A stretch of DNA of 63,821 bases, filler included, from Octopus bimaculoides (lineage: Eukaryota), in the NCBI RefSeq assembly GCF_001194135.2. It is 5 parts of 5 records of this genome, joined end to end, with 100 filler letters (N's around TTAATTAATTAA, not from the genome) between each part and the next. Parts side by side here need not be neighbours in the genome. Positions count along the whole stretch, not along the records: positions 24,721 to 46,536 come from NC_068993.1; positions 46,637 to 54,436 come from NC_069001.1; 3 more parts are not named here. One strand, 5' to 3'. Position numbers and translations under genes: made by a program. The first letter of the stretch is position 1. Each line of letters starts with the position of its first letter. Below, in pieces: positions 39,322 through 52,262 of the stretch. The notes under the pieces were generated by a model. The model had not been told where the DNA came from, searched no databases, and was given only the letters and a program-made list of their open reading frames with translations.

Positions 39322-42300
39322 ATATTGTTTTTAATGTTCATTAATTTTGGCCAGTTCTACCTGAACCAGTCTATAACACGATTGTGAGCCCTGATCCAGC
39401 TGACCTCTGACTAAAAGTATTTCTAGCTGTAATCGTCACAATACCTTTTATTTATTTTTTTATTTTTCAGTCTTAATCTACCTAGGGTTACATTATTCTG
39501 GTGTGTCCTTCCTCTTTTTGGAAGATTGTTGAGTGTGATTTGAGAGAGAATTGGTTGCTTTTTAAAAAAAAAAAATTTAGTTGATGACTGCATAACTGTT
39601 TCCTTGTTTGTTTAGGAAGTAACCAGCTGAAAACTTAAGATCAACCAAATATTTTAACTCCACAGATATGTTGTGAATCCATATCTATGATAATAATAAC
39701 TGAGAAATTCTGTCTGTCTGTCTGTCCATCCAGGATCCCTGAATCTCAGTCTATATTTGCTCTACATAGACATATTATGCCATTTTGGAATCAGGATGAT
39801 CCCAAGATTAAATATCTGCCCTTCATTTGGTTCTTGAACATCCGGCATTGGGATCAGGCCTGGATGAGGATTTGTTATATCCTAACAATAGAAAATTCAA
39901 ATTTTTAAAGAACTCCAAAAATTTGTGAACTTACAGGTTTTTCATTTAAACTGAATTGAAAGTAATGCCATATTGGTAGGGTACCAATAAATGCTTTATT
40001 ATTATTGCTGTCTTTAGTTCTGCATTGCAGGCCTGTTAGTCCTCCGCAGGAGTTAGCACAAAAGTCCACATGGAGTGCGACTTTTAAGCTACAATTTACT
40101 GTTCACTGTATATTGGTCTTTAGGTATGAACGTCATCATTGTTTAATGTCCACTTTTCCATGCTTGTATGAGTTAGACAGAATTTTTTGAGGCTTTAGTG
40201 TTTCTGTGGCCAGATGCTTTCCCTGTTGCCTACCTTCATCTGCTTCCAAGCAGGGTAATATTTCTCCCTGGCCAGACCTGTTTTCACAGAAGACTGGAAA
40301 CAAAGGACACTGCTTGTATGTCAGTAATACATGTTTACAAGAATTGCTTTATGTCAAGACTGACACAAACCCACTCATATACATTCTTGCATGTATGCAT
40401 ACATTTATACGTACACATACATGATGAACTTCTTTCATTTTTTTGTCTACCAAATTCACTCAAAGGCTTTTGGCTGGCTCTGGGCTATAGCAGACAACAC
40501 TTATTCAAGGTGCAATGCAGTGGGACTGAATTTAAAACCATGTGATTGGGAAGCAAACCTTTTAACCACAATAGCCATGCCTGTGCATACATCTTTTTAA
40601 AAGTATCTTTTCATGAACAGTACATCTTAATTGCTTGGATCTCTGATCCTCATTTGGTTTCTTATTCCGGAATGTTTGTATATACAATAGTACAAAACTA
40701 TGGTGAATAAAGTTTTGATCTGCTTGGTCATTGACTCATGCACAACAACTCATCTCATATATTTAGACAAAAGGACTTGGATTAATTAAACCTTTCACCA
40801 AACCACACCATATGACATTATCTGTTCATTGTTGTGCTCTGTGTTGATGAAAATTTTAGTTAATTTTGATTTTTTTTTCTTTAATTCAGCACCATATTGT
40901 GTATGTAACAAAATCTTCCTAAGTTGTCTGTACCTAACCCAAAGAGGAAGCGACATTTATACATTTAAGTCTGATGAAACCTAGAATAGTGATAGTTCAA
41001 TCCTGCTCAAGCCAAACTTTGCTACAAGACTAAGTGTAGTTGTTGCATTTACAAAGTAGAGCAGTCTTGCCAAAGTGAATATGTCATGGGTTAGACTCAA
41101 TTAAGTAAACTTGTGAGGCATAGGCATAGTTGTGTGGTTAAACTGCTGGCTTCCAAACCACATGGTTTCAGGTTCAGTCCGACTACCTGGCACCTTGGGT
41201 AGGTGTTTCCTACTTTAGCCGCTGGCCAATCAAAACTTTGTGAGTAGATTTAATATATGAAAACTGAAAAAAACCTGTTATAATAGTGTGTGTATAAAAA
41301 CCTGTTATAATTGTGTGTGTGTATAAAAACCTGTTGTAATTGTGTGTGTGTGTATGTTTGTGTGTATCCTTTTCCTTAATGTCTTGTGATGGTTGTAAAT
41401 GAGCAGCCTCATCAAACAAGCAAGTTTGTTTCCAGTCTTCTGTGAAAACCATGTCTGACCATGGGGAAATTTTGCCTTTTTTTTTTTTTGTAAAAAAGGT
41501 GAAGATTGGTAAGAGGAAGTGCTTCAGGCTGTAGAAAATCTGCCTTAACAAATTCTGTCAAACCCATGCAAGCATTAAAATGTGGATGTTAAAATGATGA
41601 TGATAATGATATGATGATGAAAAGCCTTTCAGCTGTTACCAGCTTTCCTTTTTTTTCAGACCTAGTATATCTAGTGTGAAGGCATGTGGCTTAGTGGTTA
41701 GGGGTATTCGCTCACAATTGTAAGGTCATGAGTTTGACACTTTATTTCATGTTGCTCCAGTTCACTGCTGGCAAAAATGGTGGTACCTGTATTTCATGCT
41801 GAATCTCTGAGAATTATGTTAAGGGTACACATGTCTGTGGAGTTCTCAGCCACTTGCATGTTAATTTCATGAGCAGGCTATTCTGTTGATCAGATCAACT
41901 GGAACCCTCGTTGTCGTAAACAATGGAGTGCCAGTTAGTATATCTATATATCTAGGAATATATAACCTAATGTGTCCTTTATTTAAGACAGTAGAATTGT
42001 TATTTAAAAGAAACTAAGCTGCAATCTCTAGCAGCTGAAGCAGTTATTTTGAGGTTGCTTTATTAGTTTAAAGTCATTGAAGTTCACTAGACATGAATCA
42101 GACACTTAAATAGCAATTCTCATCAGACCTTGATAACCAGGTTTCAACTTTGCAACCTATTTATGCTCATGGATGGAAACCCTGCTGTTAAGACCAGTAT
42201 ATATTTAAAAAGAATCCTGGACATGCTATTTTCACAAACATCCTACTCTTGTCCATGGATGGATATCCTGCTGTTAAGGCCAGTATATGACAAGAGGCAC

Positions 42301-42401
42301 CCTGGAAGTGTTATTTATATGTACATCCTACTTTTGTTTGTGGATTAGGGACCTGCTGTTGAGTGCAAGAAATACTGAAAGCTGCTGTTGACTGACAACA
42401 T

Positions 42402-42447
<46 letters not shown>

Positions 42448-43439
42448 TTTACAACATGTACATTAACACACTGGCAAATACAGCCTTCTCTTGATATCAC
42501 TAAAGTCAGTCTATTTCATGGCTAAATGACTGGCTCCAAGGGTGGTAGAAATATGGGAGTATTAAAGTTAAGTAGCTTATTGGATATGATTTCAACTACC
42601 TAGTGATGCCAAAATTTTGAGTTCAAACCCAGTGAGTGTATTTCATTATGTTAGGGACATAAATTCTGTACATCTCAGTCCACTGAATTTTTGATTAAAT
42701 ACAAACTAAATTATTCAGAAATACCATATCCTTAAAGAGTCTAGCATGTTGTTAGCCAAGGGTAGAAATTTATCTGTCAAGCAATTAATGTCACTAAGTG
42801 AAAGTTAATTAAGCATTCTGGCTCTTTATGTTCTGTGTTCAAATTCCACTGAGGTCAGCTTTGCTTTTCCTCCCTTTGGGGAGTGGTGTGTGTGATGAAG
42901 TCCCATTTAAGTATTGGGTGTTGATGTAATCGACTAGTCTCCTCCCTTCCAAATCGCAGGTCTTGAAACCCAGCAACAGACCAGTGTCTTGTTCAAGAGA
43001 ATGTAGTAATCTTGGTCACTTATATAATCCGTGAAACCCAGGTAAATGGCCATATGCCCCCTATGGCTCAAGAATTATGAAGAAAAATATTAAGCATTAG
43101 TTCTTGTGAGTTTTTTTGTTTCTTTTTTTGCTATTGTTGTTGTTGGTGGTAGTAGTGGTGGTGGATAATTAGTAGATGAAGAAGAATAATGAAAATGTCA
43201 ACAATGGAGATGCGGAATTAGATAATACATCATGTAGTATTACTTCAATTTTAATCGTAACTAAATTATTATCAGTATCAATATGATTGTTAAACATTAA
43301 TATATGTTCTGTTAATTTCTGGCTGTATTGGTACATTAGTTTTAATTAATATCTATATTCAGCTAATCAATTCGTGTAGTAAGCAATCAGATATATTGGT
43401 TTTGCAGTCAATGAGTTTGTGTGTGTGTGTGTGTGTGTT

Positions 43440-43900
43440 GGTGGGGATGATGATAGTGGTCTTAGCGGTGATGTTAGTGGTAGTAGTGTTGATGGTGTGG
43501 TGGTGTTGGTGGTGGTGATCTTGATGGTATTGTTAGTGGTGGCACAGTCTTGGTAATGTTAGTTATGTTGATGATGATGGTATTGGTGGTGGTAGCATTG
43601 ATGGTGGTCTTGGTGGGAATGAGCTTGGTGGGAATAAGCTTGGTGGTATTGGTAGCAGATGTAATCTTGGTGATATTAGTTGAGCTGATGATGATGGAGA
43701 TGGTGGTCTTCGAAGAGGTAATTTTTGATTTTCATTTCTCTTGAATTTATTGGTTATTTTCTTAACTCCTTTTCTAATCCCAATACTTGTGGTGGTAGAA
43801 GTGATAGCTGCCATGCTTAACCCTTTGCTGTTGGTGTTGGTAGTGATGACAATGAGTGAATGGTGGAGGTGTTAACAACGGTAATTAATAGTAGTGATTG
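43440..43900. repeat. Compound (GGT/GAT/GTT)n low-complexity tract
   Basis: Visible trinucleotide mosaic. Confidence 0.8.
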
Positions 43901-46179
43901 TAGCAGTGATAGAAATTACAGTAAGAATAATTACAAAAATGGTGAACATGGTATTGATGAGGAAAGCAACCCCTTAAGTTTTGCTTGGAGGTTGCAATTG
44001 GGAGAAGGCATATACCCAGAACAATGGTTGGTTGGGCATCTGTTCATCTTTTCATCATATCTTCATTAATAGCTCTAAGATCTCTTTCTCTCTCACTGGA
44101 TTGGATGAAATAAATACCTCTAATGAGTTGGTAAAAATTGTTGAAACTAGCTGAATTGTTCTGCAGTCTGTTCTGTGAATTTAATAGACAGAAACTGTGT
44201 GGGACCTTACATCATATATGTGTGAGTATATGTGTCTTTGTATCTGTGTATGTTTGTTCCCTTCCCACCACTTGACAGCTGATGTTGATTTGTTTACATC
44301 CTCATGACTTTGCAGTTTGGCAAAGGAGAGTAATAGAATAAATACCTGACTTCAAAAAATTAGTATTGAAGGCAATTTGTTTGGCTAAAACCCTTCAAAG
44401 TAGTGCTCCAGCATGACCGTAGTTCAGTGACTGAAACAAGTAAAGTATGAAAAGATGTATAAATTTATTTACAACTTATCATCCACAAGATACTATTTCA
44501 GTATTCCAGTTAATTGATACACATTGCTAAAGAATATGCAGGCGCAGGAGTGGCTGTGTGGTAAGTAGCTTGCTTACCAACCACATAGTTCCGGGTTCAG
44601 TCCCACTGCGTGGCACCTTGGGCAAGTGTCTTCTACTATAGCTTCGGGCCGACCAAAGCCTTGTGAGTGGATTTGGTAGACGGAAACTGAAAGAAGCCCG
44701 TCGTATATATATATATATNNNNNNNNNNNNNNNNNNNNNNNNNNNNNNNNNNNNNNNNNNNNNNNNNNNNNNNNNNNNNNNNNNNNNNNNNNNNNNNNNN
44801 NNNNNNNNNNNNNNNNNNNNNNNNNNNNNNNNNNNNNNNNNNNNNNNNNNNNNNNNNNNNNNNNNNNNNNNNNNNNNNNNNNNNNNNNNNNNNNNNNNNN
44901 NNNNNNNNNNNNNNNNNNNNNNNNNNNNNNNNNNNNNNNNNNNNNNNNNNNNNNNNNNNNNNNNNNNNNNNNNNNNNNNNNNNNNNNNNNNNNNNNNNNN
45001 NNNNNNNNNNNNNNNNNNNNNNNNNNNNNNNNNNNNNNNNNNNNNNNNNNNNNNNNNNNNNNNNNNNNNNNNNNNNNNNNNNNNNNNNNNNNNNNNNNNN
45101 NNNNNNNNNNNNNNNNNNNNNNNNNNNNNNNNNNNNNNNNNNNNNNNNNNNNNNNNNNNNNNNNNNNNNNNNNNNNNNNNNNNNNNNNNNNNNNNNNNNN
45201 NNNNNNNNNNNNNNNNNNNNNNNNNNNNNNNNNNNNNNNNNNNNNNNNNNNNNNNNNNNNNNNNNNNNNNNNNNNNNNNNNNNNNNNNNTTAACTGGGAA
45301 GAGCAGATAATTTTCCTCTGTCTGGTGGCTATGGCAAATGAGATTCTGTGACAGATTGTGACTGAAAGGATTGAAAACTGGCCCTCAGTGACTTTTTTTT
45401 AAGTTCCTCTTGGAAAGTTCCAGTAAATTTGTTAAAAGATTGGTGAGACTAGTGAACATGCTGCATATGCTGAAGTCTAGGCCTCAGTATGTGCCTGAGG
45501 GTCACAAATTGACTGTTGCCTTTGATAGGGTGATCTTGAATCTTGGAGGATTCTGTGATTAGGTTTGAATAGAGGCCCTCTTTTCTGAGGTCTGTGTGAC
45601 ATATTTGTTTTGCTTACTATGTATACTTCTTATGGAATTTTCTTTCCTTTCTTTCTCAGGCATGGGTGTGTGGTTGGGAAGCTTGCTTTCCAACTGTGTT
45701 GTCTTTGGTTTAGTTCCACTGAGTGGCACCTTGAGCAAGTGGTCTTCTAATATAGCCCCAGGCCAACAGAGCCTTGTGTGTGGATTTGGTAGACAGAAAC
45801 CAGAAAGTGAAAGAAGCCTGCTGTAGTGTGTGTGTGTGTATCTATCTATCTATCTATCTATGTGTGTCTTTCTGTTTGTGTTGTATTTGTGCCCCACTAC
45901 TGCTTGACAACTGGTGTTGGTTTGTTTATGTTTCCAAAACCCTATTAGAATAAATATCAGACTTAACAAGTTAGTACTGTGATTCATTTGCACGACTAAG
46001 CTCTTCAAGGCAATGCCCTAACATGGCCACAGTCCAATGACTGAAACAAGTAAAGGATAAAAGGTAAAGATTCGATATCTATGTAAACCTCTACACTATT
46101 TGTAATTTGACTCTGTAATATATTTGCCACCTTTGTTGGTGGCAAATAAATTAAATCATCATTATCATTATATCACTTA

Positions 46180-46536
46180 CTAGCAGTATAACCCGACCTT
46201 GTCCGGGTGTGACTTATTACGCCACCTACGATAAGTCTTGCTAGCTGAAAATCAACTAAAAAAGAAAGCCTTACAACGAAAAAACCCTTATGATGTAAAT
46301 ATGTTCATAATTCAAAAGACGATGAAATTAATAGGGAAAGTCTGAAGGCTGTTTTGCGTAAAATTATTAAGCATACGTAAATTTCATCTATGTAATTGGC
46401 TATAGAAATGCTTGGGCAAAACAACTTTTTGCGCTGCCCTGATTATACATAGCAGGGTAATCCCTTTTAGCAGGAGCTAGGATGGCAATTTCTGATGAAG
46501 CAATTGCTGGCGATCTGTTGCTACACAGTTTTGCCA
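46180..46536 (-). mobile_element. Helitron 3' end (5' part lost in unsized gap)
   Basis: Minus strand ends with the hairpin CCCGGACAAGGTCGGG, 8 nt, then CTAG followed by host T (46179), the canonical Helitron terminus. Confidence 0.7.
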
Positions 46537-47340
46537 NNNNNNNNNNNNNNNNNNNNNNNNNNNNNNNNNNNNNNNNNNNNTTAATTAATTAANNNNNNNN
46601 NNNNNNNNNNNNNNNNNNNNNNNNNNNNNNNNNNNNATACGATGGGCTTCTTTAAGTTTCCATCTACCAAATCCACATCACAAGGCTTTGGTCGGACCAA
46701 ATCAACAGTAGAAGACACTTGCACAAGGTTCCAAGCTGTGAGACTGAACCTGGAAGTATGTGGTTGGGAACCAAGATTCTTACCCCACAGCCACACTTCT
46801 GCCTATCCATTCTTTTTTTTGTTTTTAAGATCTTTGTTTGATCGATGTTTGTTCAAGTTTATATTCCTGCAGAGATAAGTAAAGGCATGATTGCTACAAC
46901 ATCCAAGGATAGTGAACACTATAACGTAACCTCTATAAAGTTACTTTATGTGTTAGAAACAGCAGCCAAATTTCTGCACAAATAACACCGTACCATCTTG
47001 AAATAAGATCGGATAATCATGAATGGAATAACTTTGGTTGTTATTATAAAGCCCTAGGTTCAATCCCAGTGCATGACACCATGAGCAATTGTCTAGTGTT
47101 GTGGATTGCCTTATGGTATTTTGTTACAGCTGTTTACATTCTGAGTTCAAATTCCATTGAAGGAATTTCCAGGGTTCAAAAAATGAAATGTCATTCAAGT
47201 ACTGGAAGTGAGGTTGATCGCTATAATCTATTATAATCAATAAAATTAGTATCAGTTGCACACAGGGGTCAATGTAATCAACTAACCCTTTCCCCCATAA
47301 TTTCAGGCCTTGTGCCTATCGTAAAAAAGAATGTCATTAA

Positions 47341-47561
47341 CCCTTTCATTACTGTATTTCTGTTGAGATGCTCTGTGTTTCTTTCAATTAATTTTAAATA
47401 TAACAAAGAATTTAGTAAAATAACTTAGTTATCATTAAGTTAGTGTTAGGAACATAAATTGTGACTAAGGTTTGGTGGAAGATTTTAATTCAAAACTTAT
47501 GAAAACTAGACATTTGTACTCCAAGCCAGAGCTAGTGTCAGCCAGGTTGGGGACAAAAGGG
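47341..47561 (+). mobile_element. piggyBac-type MITE, 221 bp
   Basis: TTAA (47337-47340) CCCTTT ... AAAGGG TTAA (47562-47565). A truncated second copy lies at ~47593-47665. Confidence 0.75.
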
Positions 47562-47678
47562 TTAAGAATTGTTTCTCTATTATATATTTTAAACCTTTTG
47601 TTACCATACTTCTGTTGAGATGCTCTGTGTTACTTTCAATTGATTTTAAATATAACAAAGAATTTTCATCATTTCCAG

Positions 47679-47908
47679 AGAGAAACTCAACACTGACTTT
47701 ATCAGCTGGAGAGGGTGTCTGACCCGACTGATGTGTACCCCGTATGAAAACCGTGAAGGTTGGCTTCTCGCAGTCACCCGATTCAACGATACGTATTTCC
47801 TGTGTGAATTTAACACCGAAGAGAAGATAAACCTTGAAGCTAATTGCACAGATCGTCAACGTGAAATGTGCTATTGGGGTGTGAAATTTGAACAGTATCT
47901 CACCTCTG
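47679..47908 (+). CDS. DXO: Decapping exoribonuclease DXO/Dom3Z (RAI1 family), first visible internal exon
   Basis: Acceptor catttccag and donor TCTG|gtaagt. Encodes EKLNTDFISWRGCLTRLMCTPYENREGWLLAVTRFNDTYFLCEF...EMCYWGVKFEQYLTS (WRG and GxKFE motifs). Confidence 0.92.
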
Positions 47909-49153
47909 GTAAGTATTCAGTGGCCTTGGTGCAGCAACCAATAAGCATAGAATAACAGTCAAATTATACTTCAAAGTCTTAAAAAAGGTTAAATTGTTTA
48001 ACTCTTTAGCATTTAAACTGGCCATACCCAGCCCAAATATTCTACATGTTTTAAGTTCAAACTGGCCAGATCCAGCCTCTTTCACCTTCCCTACAATGTC
48101 ATTCTAAAAATAAGCAATCACATCAAAGCTATGAAATAGTACATCATCATCATCATTTAACGTCTGCTCTTCATGCTGGCATGGGTTAGATGGAACTGCT
48201 AAGCCAGAGAGCTGCACCAAATTCCAGTCTGATTTGCATGGTTTCAACGACTGGATGCCCTTCCTAATGCTAACCACTCCAAAAGTGTAATGGCAGCTTT
48301 TTACGTGCCACTGGCACAAATACCATTTACATGGTACCAGCAACAGCCCCGACTACAATTTCATGGGTGCCGTTTCCATGACACTGGCAAAAGCCCTGAC
48401 TACAATTTCACTTGGCTTGACGAGTCTTCTCAAGCACAGCATATTGCCAAAGGTTTCGGTCATTTGTCATCGCCTCCATGAAGCCCAACATTCAAAGATC
48501 ATGCTACCAGCAACAGCCATGATTACAATTTCATCGGTGCCATGTACTTGACACTGGCACCAGCCATGACTATGGTTTCACTTGGTTTGACGAATCTTTA
48601 GCAGAGCATTTCACCATGGTACCTTAGGCAAATGGTGTCTTCTACTATAGCCTCAGGCCAACCAAAGCCTTGTGAGTGGATTTAGTAGATGGAAACTGAA
48701 AAGAAGCCTGTCGTGTGTGTGTATATATATATATATGTGTGTGTATGTGTCTATCTGTGTTTGATCCCCCCACTAATGCTTGATGATCAGTGTTGATGTG
48801 TTTATATCCTCTGTAACTTAGCAGTTTGGCTAAAGAGACTGATAGAATAAGTACAAGGCTCAGAAAAATAAATACTGGCATCGATCCATTCAACTGAAAA
48901 ATACTTCAAGGTGGTGCCCCAGTATGGCCACAGTCTAATAACTGAAACAAGTAAAAAGGAAAACACACACAAACACACACACTAAGAAATGAATGCTTTC
49001 GATAATGCAATCCAGAGTACACAATGATAAATGATAGAATGGTCATAGGTGGATTGCCTTTCATCCCAGGATTTGTAGATGAGGGCTTAGCTGATGCCTA
49101 GACAACAACAAAGCGATTTAAACCATCATTTGTGTCTTTCTCTTTTCTTTTAG

Positions 49154-49249
49154 CTACAAAAGAATCAAAACCAGATACAACAGGGGTTGTTAATAATTGT
49201 GAAGCTTTCTGCTCTGTGGTCAGAACCCGTCTCAAGGACCATTCTTTAG
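49154..49249 (+). CDS. DXO: DXO exon (96 nt, phase 1-1)
   Basis: Acceptor ttttcttttag and donor TTAG|gtgagg. Encodes ATKESKPDTTGVVNNCEAFCSVVRTRLKDHSL, in frame with both neighbours. Confidence 0.9.
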   Translation, partial: LQKNQNQIQQGLLIIVKLSALWSEPVSRTIL

Positions 49250-49765
49250 GTGAGGCTGTTTTTTGGTTTTTTTTGGACATTGGTTTTGCAGTTACGATGT
49301 TTGCTTACCATTCATGTGTTCCCAGGTTCAGTCCCATCGACTGAGCAAATCGACCCCAGGACTTATTCTTTGTAAGCCTAGTACTTATTCTATCGATCTC
49401 TTTTGCTGAACCGCTAAGTTACGGGGACGTAAACACACCAGCATCGGTTGTCAAGCGATGTTGGGGGACAAACGCAGACACAAACATACACACACACACA
49501 CACACACACATACGACAGGCTTCTTTCAGTTTTCCGTCTACCAAATCCACTCACAAGGCTTTGGTTGGCCCGAGGCTATAGCAGGAGACACTTGCCCAAG
49601 GTGCCACTCAGTGGGAATGAACCCGGTGTGTATGTATGTGTATTTCTGTGTTTATGTCTGTATTTGAGAATATAAATACGATTGTGATTAAACTTGAGAT
49701 GCGAGGGTTTTTTTTTTTCTTTTTTGTTGTCATTTTTGCCTCATTTAATCTTGTTCACTTTCCAG

Positions 49766-49871
49766 TGTTTGCGGGAGAGGTCGACTGTATCTGTCCACAG
49801 CAGAAAGAATATGTTGAACTGAAAACGTCGAGGGACATCTATAATAAGTCACAGGATGACAACTTCAAAAG
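49766..49871 (+). CDS. DXO: DXO exon with catalytic GEVD and ELK motifs
   Basis: Acceptor cacttttccag-like tract (ttcactttccag) and donor AAAG|gtatga. Encodes VFAGEVDCICPQQKEYVELKTSRDIYNKSQDDNFKR. Confidence 0.93.
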
Positions 49872-50523
49872 GTATGAATTAGGTACACATACACACAGCC
49901 ATACATGCATACATACATGTGCATATGTACACATATATTAGAAAGAACGAACAAGTAAAACCTGTAGCATCATCATCATCATCATCATCATCGTTTAACA
50001 TCCGCTTTCCATGCTAGCATGGGTTGGACGATTTGACTGAAGACTGGTGAAACCGGATGGCAACACCAGGCTCCAATCTGATTTGGCAGAATTACTACAG
50101 CTGGATGCCCTTCCTAACGCCAACACTCAGAGAGTGTAGTGGGTGCTTTTACGTGTCACCCACACGAAGGCCAGTCAGGCGATACACATATATATCGTGG
50201 CACTCCATCGGTTGCGACAATGAGGGTTCCAGTTGATCCGATTAACAGAACAGTTTGCTTGTGAAATTAACATGAAAGTGGCTGAGCACTCCATAGGCAC
50301 GTGTACTCTTAATGTAGTTCTTGAGGAGATGCCAATGCACAAAACATTCAGACCGTGAGTCACTCTGTTGCTTCAGCTAAATATTAATAAAAAGACACAG
50401 ACACTGGTTAGATTTCCCCTGAAATTGCTAGCCTTATGCCAAAATTCGAAACCATTATTATTATTATTATTCCTTTGTAACACAGTGTCGGTAAAAATGC
50501 ACCAGAGTCTTTAGTCATCTGTC

Positions 50524-50578
<55 letters not shown>

Positions 50579-50710
50579 ATTCAAGCTAATAAAGTGGTGG
50601 GCCCAGAGTTTTCTGATTGGAGTTCCAACCATTGTTTGTGGATTTCGAGACGACGACGGAATTGTTCATCGTTTACAGAAGTACGACATCAAGATGCTGC
50701 CGAATTTGGC
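50579..50710 (+). CDS. DXO: DXO exon (3' end and donor hidden in N gap)
   Basis: Acceptor (tta)n-ttcag. Encodes FKLIKWWAQSFLIGVPTIVCGFRDDDGIVHRLQKYDIKMLPNL (KWWAQSF motif). This frame is not in the ORF track. Confidence 0.92.
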
Positions 50711-52061
50711 NNNNNNNNNNNNNNNNNNNNNNNNNNNNNNNNNNNNNNNNNNNNNNNNNNNNNNNNNNNNNNNNNNNNNNNNNNNNNNNNNNNNNNNNNN
50801 NNNNNNNNNNNNNNNNNNNNNNNNNNNNNNNNNNNNNNNNNNNNNNNNNNNNNNNNNNNNNNNNNNNNNNNNNNNNNNNNNNNNNNNNNNNNNNNNNNNN
50901 NNNNNNNNNNNNNNNNNNNNNNNNNNNNNNNNNNNNNNNNNNNNNNNNNNNNNNNNNNNNNNNNNNNNNNNNNNNNNNNNNNNNNNNNNNNNNNNNNNNN
51001 NNNNNNNNNNNNNNNNNNNNNNNNNNNNNNNNNNNNNNNNNNNNNNNNNNNNNNNNNNNNNNNNNNNNNNNNNNNNNNNNNNNNNNNNNNNNNNNNNNNN
51101 NNNNNNNNNCTCTCTCTCCCTCCTCTCTCTCATACATACCAGCCTCCACTCTCCACGCCACCGATGTTGCTCAAGGGTAAGGCAAAGGGGCCAATACAGG
51201 TTGGCACCAGAGAGGTCACAATTCATTTCTACAAATGAGTGAACTGGAGCAATGCGAAATAAAGCGTCTTGCTCAAGAACACAACAACAGCCAGGGCCGG
51301 GAATCGAACTCGCTACCTGATGATTATGAACCCGACGCTCTAATCACTGAGACATGCGCCTGTAAATTATCGTTTAGGCAAAAGAAAAAAAAACGATAGA
51401 AGTGCAAGGCTTTAAAAGAACGAAAAAACGTAACAAATACGGAGTGAAGTCGATTTGTTCGACTAAAACCCATGTAAGGTGATGCTCCAGTATGACCGCA
51501 GTCCACTGGCAGAAACAAGTTAAAGAATAAAAGATATACACCGTTTGTTCAAAATCTCGTAAACTGAAAAGAAATGAAATGTTAGGGGAATCAACTCAAT
51601 CGGTAAAGCAAGGGGAATAACTGTGTTATTCTCCAAATAAGCCTTTCTACTTCGTGTCTTCTACTAAGCCTTCTGGGTAACCAAAACCTTGGGAGTGAGT
51701 AGACAGAAACGGGAAGAAGTCTGTCACAGTGGTTGGTGCCTTTAGTAGAAAGGATTTATTGTTATTATTATTGGCAGATTCGTTAGCACCATGGGCGAAA
51801 TGCTTAAGCGGTATTTCGCCAGTCGCTATGTTCCGAGTTCAAATTCCGCCAAGGTCAACTTTGCCTTTCATCCTCTCGGTGTTGATGAATTAAATACCAG
51901 TTGTGAACTTGGGTCATCTAGTCGACTAGGCCCATCCCCCAAATTTCAGACCTTCTGCCTTTAGTAGAAAGAATTAGATAATATTTATCTCTCACCAGAT
52001 GGAGTACTTTTTTTGTTGATCTCACCATACGGAACGGTACATTATGTATATATGTTAATAT

Positions 52062-52262
52062 CATCATCATCGTTTAACGTCCGCTTTCCATGCTAGCATG
52101 GGTTGGACGATTTGACTGAGGACTGGTGAAACCGGATGGCAACACCAGGCTCCAATCTGATTTGGCAGAGTTTCTACAGCTGGATGCCCTTCTTAAAGCC
52201 AACCACTCCGAGAGTGTAGTGGGTGCTTTTACGTGTCACTCGCACGAAGGCCAGTCAGGCGG
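52062..52262 (-). mobile_element. RTE 3' tail copy, young
   Basis: Near-identical reverse complement of 27120-27322. Similar copies lie at ~49975-50180 (-), 54247-54436 (-), 53960-54190 (-) and 52890-53067 (+). Confidence 0.85.

Noticed and set aside
44663-45310. 215-aa ORF, and similar ORFs at 19995-20543, 34713-35264 and 50594-51242
   Set aside because: Open only because they run through N gaps.
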